A stretch of DNA of 64,000 nucleotides from a virus. The notes below the pieces were generated by a model, which ran no database searches, was not told the DNA's origin, and saw only the letters and a program-made list of their open reading frames with translations. The position numbers and the translations under genes were made by a program. Every line of letters starts with the position of its first letter. Within the stretch, counting starts at the first letter, position 1. Below, one piece after another: positions 61,229-64,000 of the stretch. The stretch lies in the IMG/VR virus record IMGVR_UViG_3300022226_000004, positions 12,992 through 76,991 of that record; one strand, written 5' to 3'.

Positions 61229-62109
61229 AGACCGCTGTCATAGTAGCGGCCTACGATAGGCCCAACTATTTTCGAAGGACACTGCAGTCCATGGCTAGGT
61301 GCCCTCAAATCCGGTCAAAGGAATATCATGTCTTTGTCTACCTTGATGCCGGCGCCAACTCAAGGGTCAGTCAAAATAGGGCAATCGCCTCAGAGCTCAA
61401 AGCTGATAAAACCGTAGTCACTAGGCCGGGACACTGGGGGCTTGGCGTCAACCTTATTGAAGCAAGGCGCGAGGTTTTCGATAAGGGTTACGACAGGGTC
61501 TTCCTGATAGAGGACGACGTGGAGCTAGCCACACACTACTTCACAGTGATGACCAACTTGATGAACTGGTGCGAAGCCAAGGGCTACCAGGTGGGATGCG
61601 TCGGCAGCTCCATCAACTGTCGCCTGCCGGAAGCCGAGAAGAAGGATAAGTTCCGGCACGCAGGAGATATCTGTGCACCATGGACAAACTACCTGATGAC
61701 CAAGAAGGCATGGACGGACATCTACCCGATGGTCTATGAATACATGGACAGATACTTAGTCAATCGTCCTTACATGAAGAGGGACGCAGTGGCTATCCAA
61801 AAGTGGATGAAAGCCATGTCGGCTGACTTCACTACCAACCCAACTAATTTCCCCGTGGTTTATAATGTGCGCCAACGCTTCTGCCGGACAGACTGGCACC
61901 CTCCGACAGGCCAGGATGGGGTGTGCGAACTAGCTCTCAAAAAATTCGGGTATGCCAGGGTTCACACAATAGTCAACCGAGTGCTGTTCTACGGATCCAC
62001 GGGCACGCATAGCACGCCCAGATGGTTTTCCGAGCAAAGGCTTAATGAGGTTAGGCTGCACGAAATACCGGAAGACGCAACCAATAAGGAGTTCATAGAA
62101 AATGGATGA
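61225..62109 (+). CDS. GT-A (GT2-like) glycosyltransferase
   Basis: AYDRPNY..TL.S, VYLD, GLG.N, LIEDDV (DxD), QDG. Confidence 0.8.
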   Translation: MKTAVIVAAYDRPNYFRRTLQSMARCPQIRSKEYHVFVYLDAGANSRVSQNRAIASELKADKTVVTRPGHWGLGVNLIEARREVFDKGYDRVFLIEDDVELATHYFTVMTNLMNWCEAKGYQVGCVGSSINCRLPEAEKKDKFRHAGDICAPWTNYLMTKKAWTDIYPMVYEYMDRYLVNRPYMKRDAVAIQKWMKAMSADFTTNPTNFPVVYNVRQRFCRTDWHPPTGQDGVCELALKKFGYARVHTIVNRVLFYGSTGTHSTPRWFSEQRLNEVRLHEIPEDATNKEFIENG

Positions 62110-62834
62110 AGACAATTACGATACCAACAACGAATAGGCTGCCATACTTCTGGCATTGCATCGAAAGCTTGAAGGCATGTCCCGGCATTGGGCAATGGAA
62201 ACTCATAGTGTTGCAAGATCGCAGGACCTGGTCTTCTGTGATGACCGAAGCCCTGGTGCGAGACCCCGAGCTTGATGTGTCCATCGTTATCGAGGACTGC
62301 CCCACCCCAGATGAAGCTGTCTATAGGCTGCATGACCTGGCATACGGACGATTCCACTCCAATGCCAACCTGTTTCTTTGTGATGATTTCGCTGTGACGC
62401 CGGATGCCCTGTCGCTCTGCGAATGGTGGCTGCAACAGATCAGGGACGGCGCCAAGATGGACGGCAAGGATCCTGGCGCATGCCTTAGTCTGTGCCTCTC
62501 CTGTGCCAACAGGCCCTCATGCAAAGACGATGTCCTTGAAGTCTTGAGATGGTTTTATGCCGGGGCGTTCATGACCACGCACAGCTCGTGGATCGACTGG
62601 TTCGCAAGAAACCGAGAGCTTAACCACATGGGGTGGGACTATTCTATTAACGATGTCCTGAAGAAGCACGACCTGTTCTGCCTGTTCCCTGCCGTGAGTC
62701 GAGCTGTGAACATTGGGCGATGCGGAAACGCTCATCTCACACCGGGGCAGTGGGATCAGATGTATGTCGATAATCAACCAGCGGTGCAGCCAAGCTTCAC
62801 AGTGTCGCCAGAACCAGAGGAGAACAAGCCATGA
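62106..62834 (+). CDS. GT-A glycosyltransferase
   Basis: NRLPY, FLCDDF..PD, GWD.SIN, P.VSR..NIG. Confidence 0.75.
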   Translation: MKTITIPTTNRLPYFWHCIESLKACPGIGQWKLIVLQDRRTWSSVMTEALVRDPELDVSIVIEDCPTPDEAVYRLHDLAYGRFHSNANLFLCDDFAVTPDALSLCEWWLQQIRDGAKMDGKDPGACLSLCLSCANRPSCKDDVLEVLRWFYAGAFMTTHSSWIDWFARNRELNHMGWDYSINDVLKKHDLFCLFPAVSRAVNIGRCGNAHLTPGQWDQMYVDNQPAVQPSFTVSPEPEENKP

Positions 62835-63043
62835 ACTCATGGTTCAGTGTATCCGAAAACCCGCCACCGCATAAGAAGCCTGTCTTGCTTTGGTCTCCGC
62901 CAACACCAGGACACCCCAACGGAGAAACAGAGGTTTCGAATTATTCATGGGGTTACGAACGCAACAGTGTTGGAGTATCAAGCCTGAGCTGCCATGGTTC
63001 AGCAACGCATTGGATGCCCCTACCCGAGCCGCCGAACTCATAG
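62831..63043 (+). CDS. DUF551-like protein
   Basis: W.SVSE.PP..VL...THWMPLPEPP. Confidence 0.75.
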   Translation: MNSWFSVSENPPPHKKPVLLWSPPTPGHPNGETEVSNYSWGYERNSVGVSSLSCHGSATHWMPLPEPPNS

Positions 63044-63134
63044 CCAGCTATTAAGGATTCCTTAATGAGTGACTCATTCCCAAGAGATAGCATTCAGTGT
63101 CATCAGTGCGGCACACAGTTGATAAGCCTGATAG

Positions 63135-63413
63135 GTGCTCGTCATGTTTACTGATCAAAAACCTTGGGTTGTTACGAGGGCCGATACTCTCAAATCATGG
63201 AGAGGGTCGCCAGGGCATTTTAGGTGCGGGCTATGCGGTCATCGGTTTGTGGAAGGGGATGTAGCACGGTGGCAATACACGAACGATTTGTCTGGATATG
63301 GAGGTAATCCGCTAGTGTGTCAGACATGCGATGGGCCGGATGTCGTTGAGCGCTGGAAACAGCATGTCGATGAGTTCAAGCACGACAAGTATTGGATGTT
63401 TAAAAGGCATTGA
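63135..63413 (+). CDS. Zn-finger hypothetical protein
   Basis: FRCGLCGH...VCQTCDG. Confidence 0.6.
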   Translation: MLVMFTDQKPWVVTRADTLKSWRGSPGHFRCGLCGHRFVEGDVARWQYTNDLSGYGGNPLVCQTCDGPDVVERWKQHVDEFKHDKYWMFKRH

Positions 63414-63416
63414 TTT

Positions 63417-63770
63417 ATGCAGCATGGAACAGGGAACCAGTGTCATCAGTGTGGCACACAGTTGATAGGCAGGTCGTTTTGCAAGAAATGCAAAACATGG
63501 TGGTCAGAATGTGAAGCCCAGGGGGAGCTATATATTGTGAAGATTGACCGCGAGTGTTGGCTGGCTCCATGGAAGGGCGATCCGGGCCGGACAACTAAAG
63601 TGGAATCAGCTCGTCGCTTCGAGTCCCGAAGCCAAGCGATGGAGGCCTTGAGACAGGCTGAAAAATTTAGAGCTTTGCCAAACGCTAGAGTAGTAAAAGG
63701 ATCAACATGGAAACAAGAGAGAAAGAAAAAAAAGCGATCGTCTGTAAAGACTCGACCGGATACTGGGTAG
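63417..63770 (+). CDS. Hypothetical protein with N-terminal Zn ribbon
   Basis: CHQCG..CKKC, GDPGRT. Confidence 0.55.
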   Translation: MQHGTGNQCHQCGTQLIGRSFCKKCKTWWSECEAQGELYIVKIDRECWLAPWKGDPGRTTKVESARRFESRSQAMEALRQAEKFRALPNARVVKGSTWKQERKKKKRSSVKTRPDTG

Positions 63771-63868
63771 CAATAGCCCGCGATACTGACGAAAAGCTTG
63801 GCGGGCTGCAGGACTCCGAACTCGACGCATACAAGGCGGCGAATGCAGCGGGCTACCTAGTCGTCTAA
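63707..63868 (+). CDS. Small hypothetical protein (53 aa)
   Basis: Below the track cutoff; METREKEKKAIVCKDSTGYWVAIARDTDEKLGGLQDSELDAYKAANAAGYLVV. Confidence 0.45.
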   Translation: METREKEKKAIVCKDSTGYWVAIARDTDEKLGGLQDSELDAYKAANAAGYLVV

Positions 63869-64000
63869 CCATTCAAGAACCATGAATTTATGCCGTCTGG
63901 ATCAGGATGTTCGGCCGCGGGGAAGCCTGATCCTTCCCGGGGACGGCACCAATCTATTTCGTCGGGTCTGGTCATACCTTACTGACCTTAAACCGAAAGA

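Noticed and set aside
63748-63969. Large structured RNA or hammerhead (CTGACGA; AGACTCGAC/GTCGGGTCT pairing)
   Set aside because: Most of it lies in a plausible 53-aa ORF (63707-63868), and hammerhead stem II/GAAA geometry is missing

Overview
The window is part of a tailed dsDNA bacteriophage genome (podovirus-like head-tail module, standard genetic code). The host may be PVC-group (Verrucomicrobiota-like); this is inferred only from the RmlD-type gene and the scarcity of Shine-Dalgarno sites. Layout: (1) 1-21 kb, mostly minus strand, virion module with tail nozzle, tail collar, an embedded glycosyltransferase, adaptor, major capsid, scaffold, portal, an inverted large terminase, lysis-type membrane proteins and duplicated lectin-like proteins. 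(2) 21-32.6 kb, accessory genes: methyltransferase, cold-shock protein, beta-helix protein, sulfotransferase-like protein, DUF3310 and an RmlD-like enzyme. (3) 32.6-35.9 kb, a control region with two apparent promoter-sRNA-terminator cassettes, an HTH gene with a 12-bp VNTR, iteron-like repeats, a C-to-G skew switch and a ~620-nt highly base-paired ORF-poor region (candidate novel large ncRNA). (4) 35.9-48 kb, early small genes (RadC, DUF932, Sm-like plus Ser/Arg/Trp repeat pair) with two further structured intergenic elements. (5) 48-55.7 kb, recombination, replication and a tyrosine recombinase. (6) 55.7-62.8 kb, a nine-gene glycan-building and tailoring operon. The most notable items are the family of structured non-coding RNAs, the large phage glycosylation toolkit and repeated leaderless, overlapping divergent promoters. 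All annotations are from motif recognition and manual base-pair reading, not database searches.
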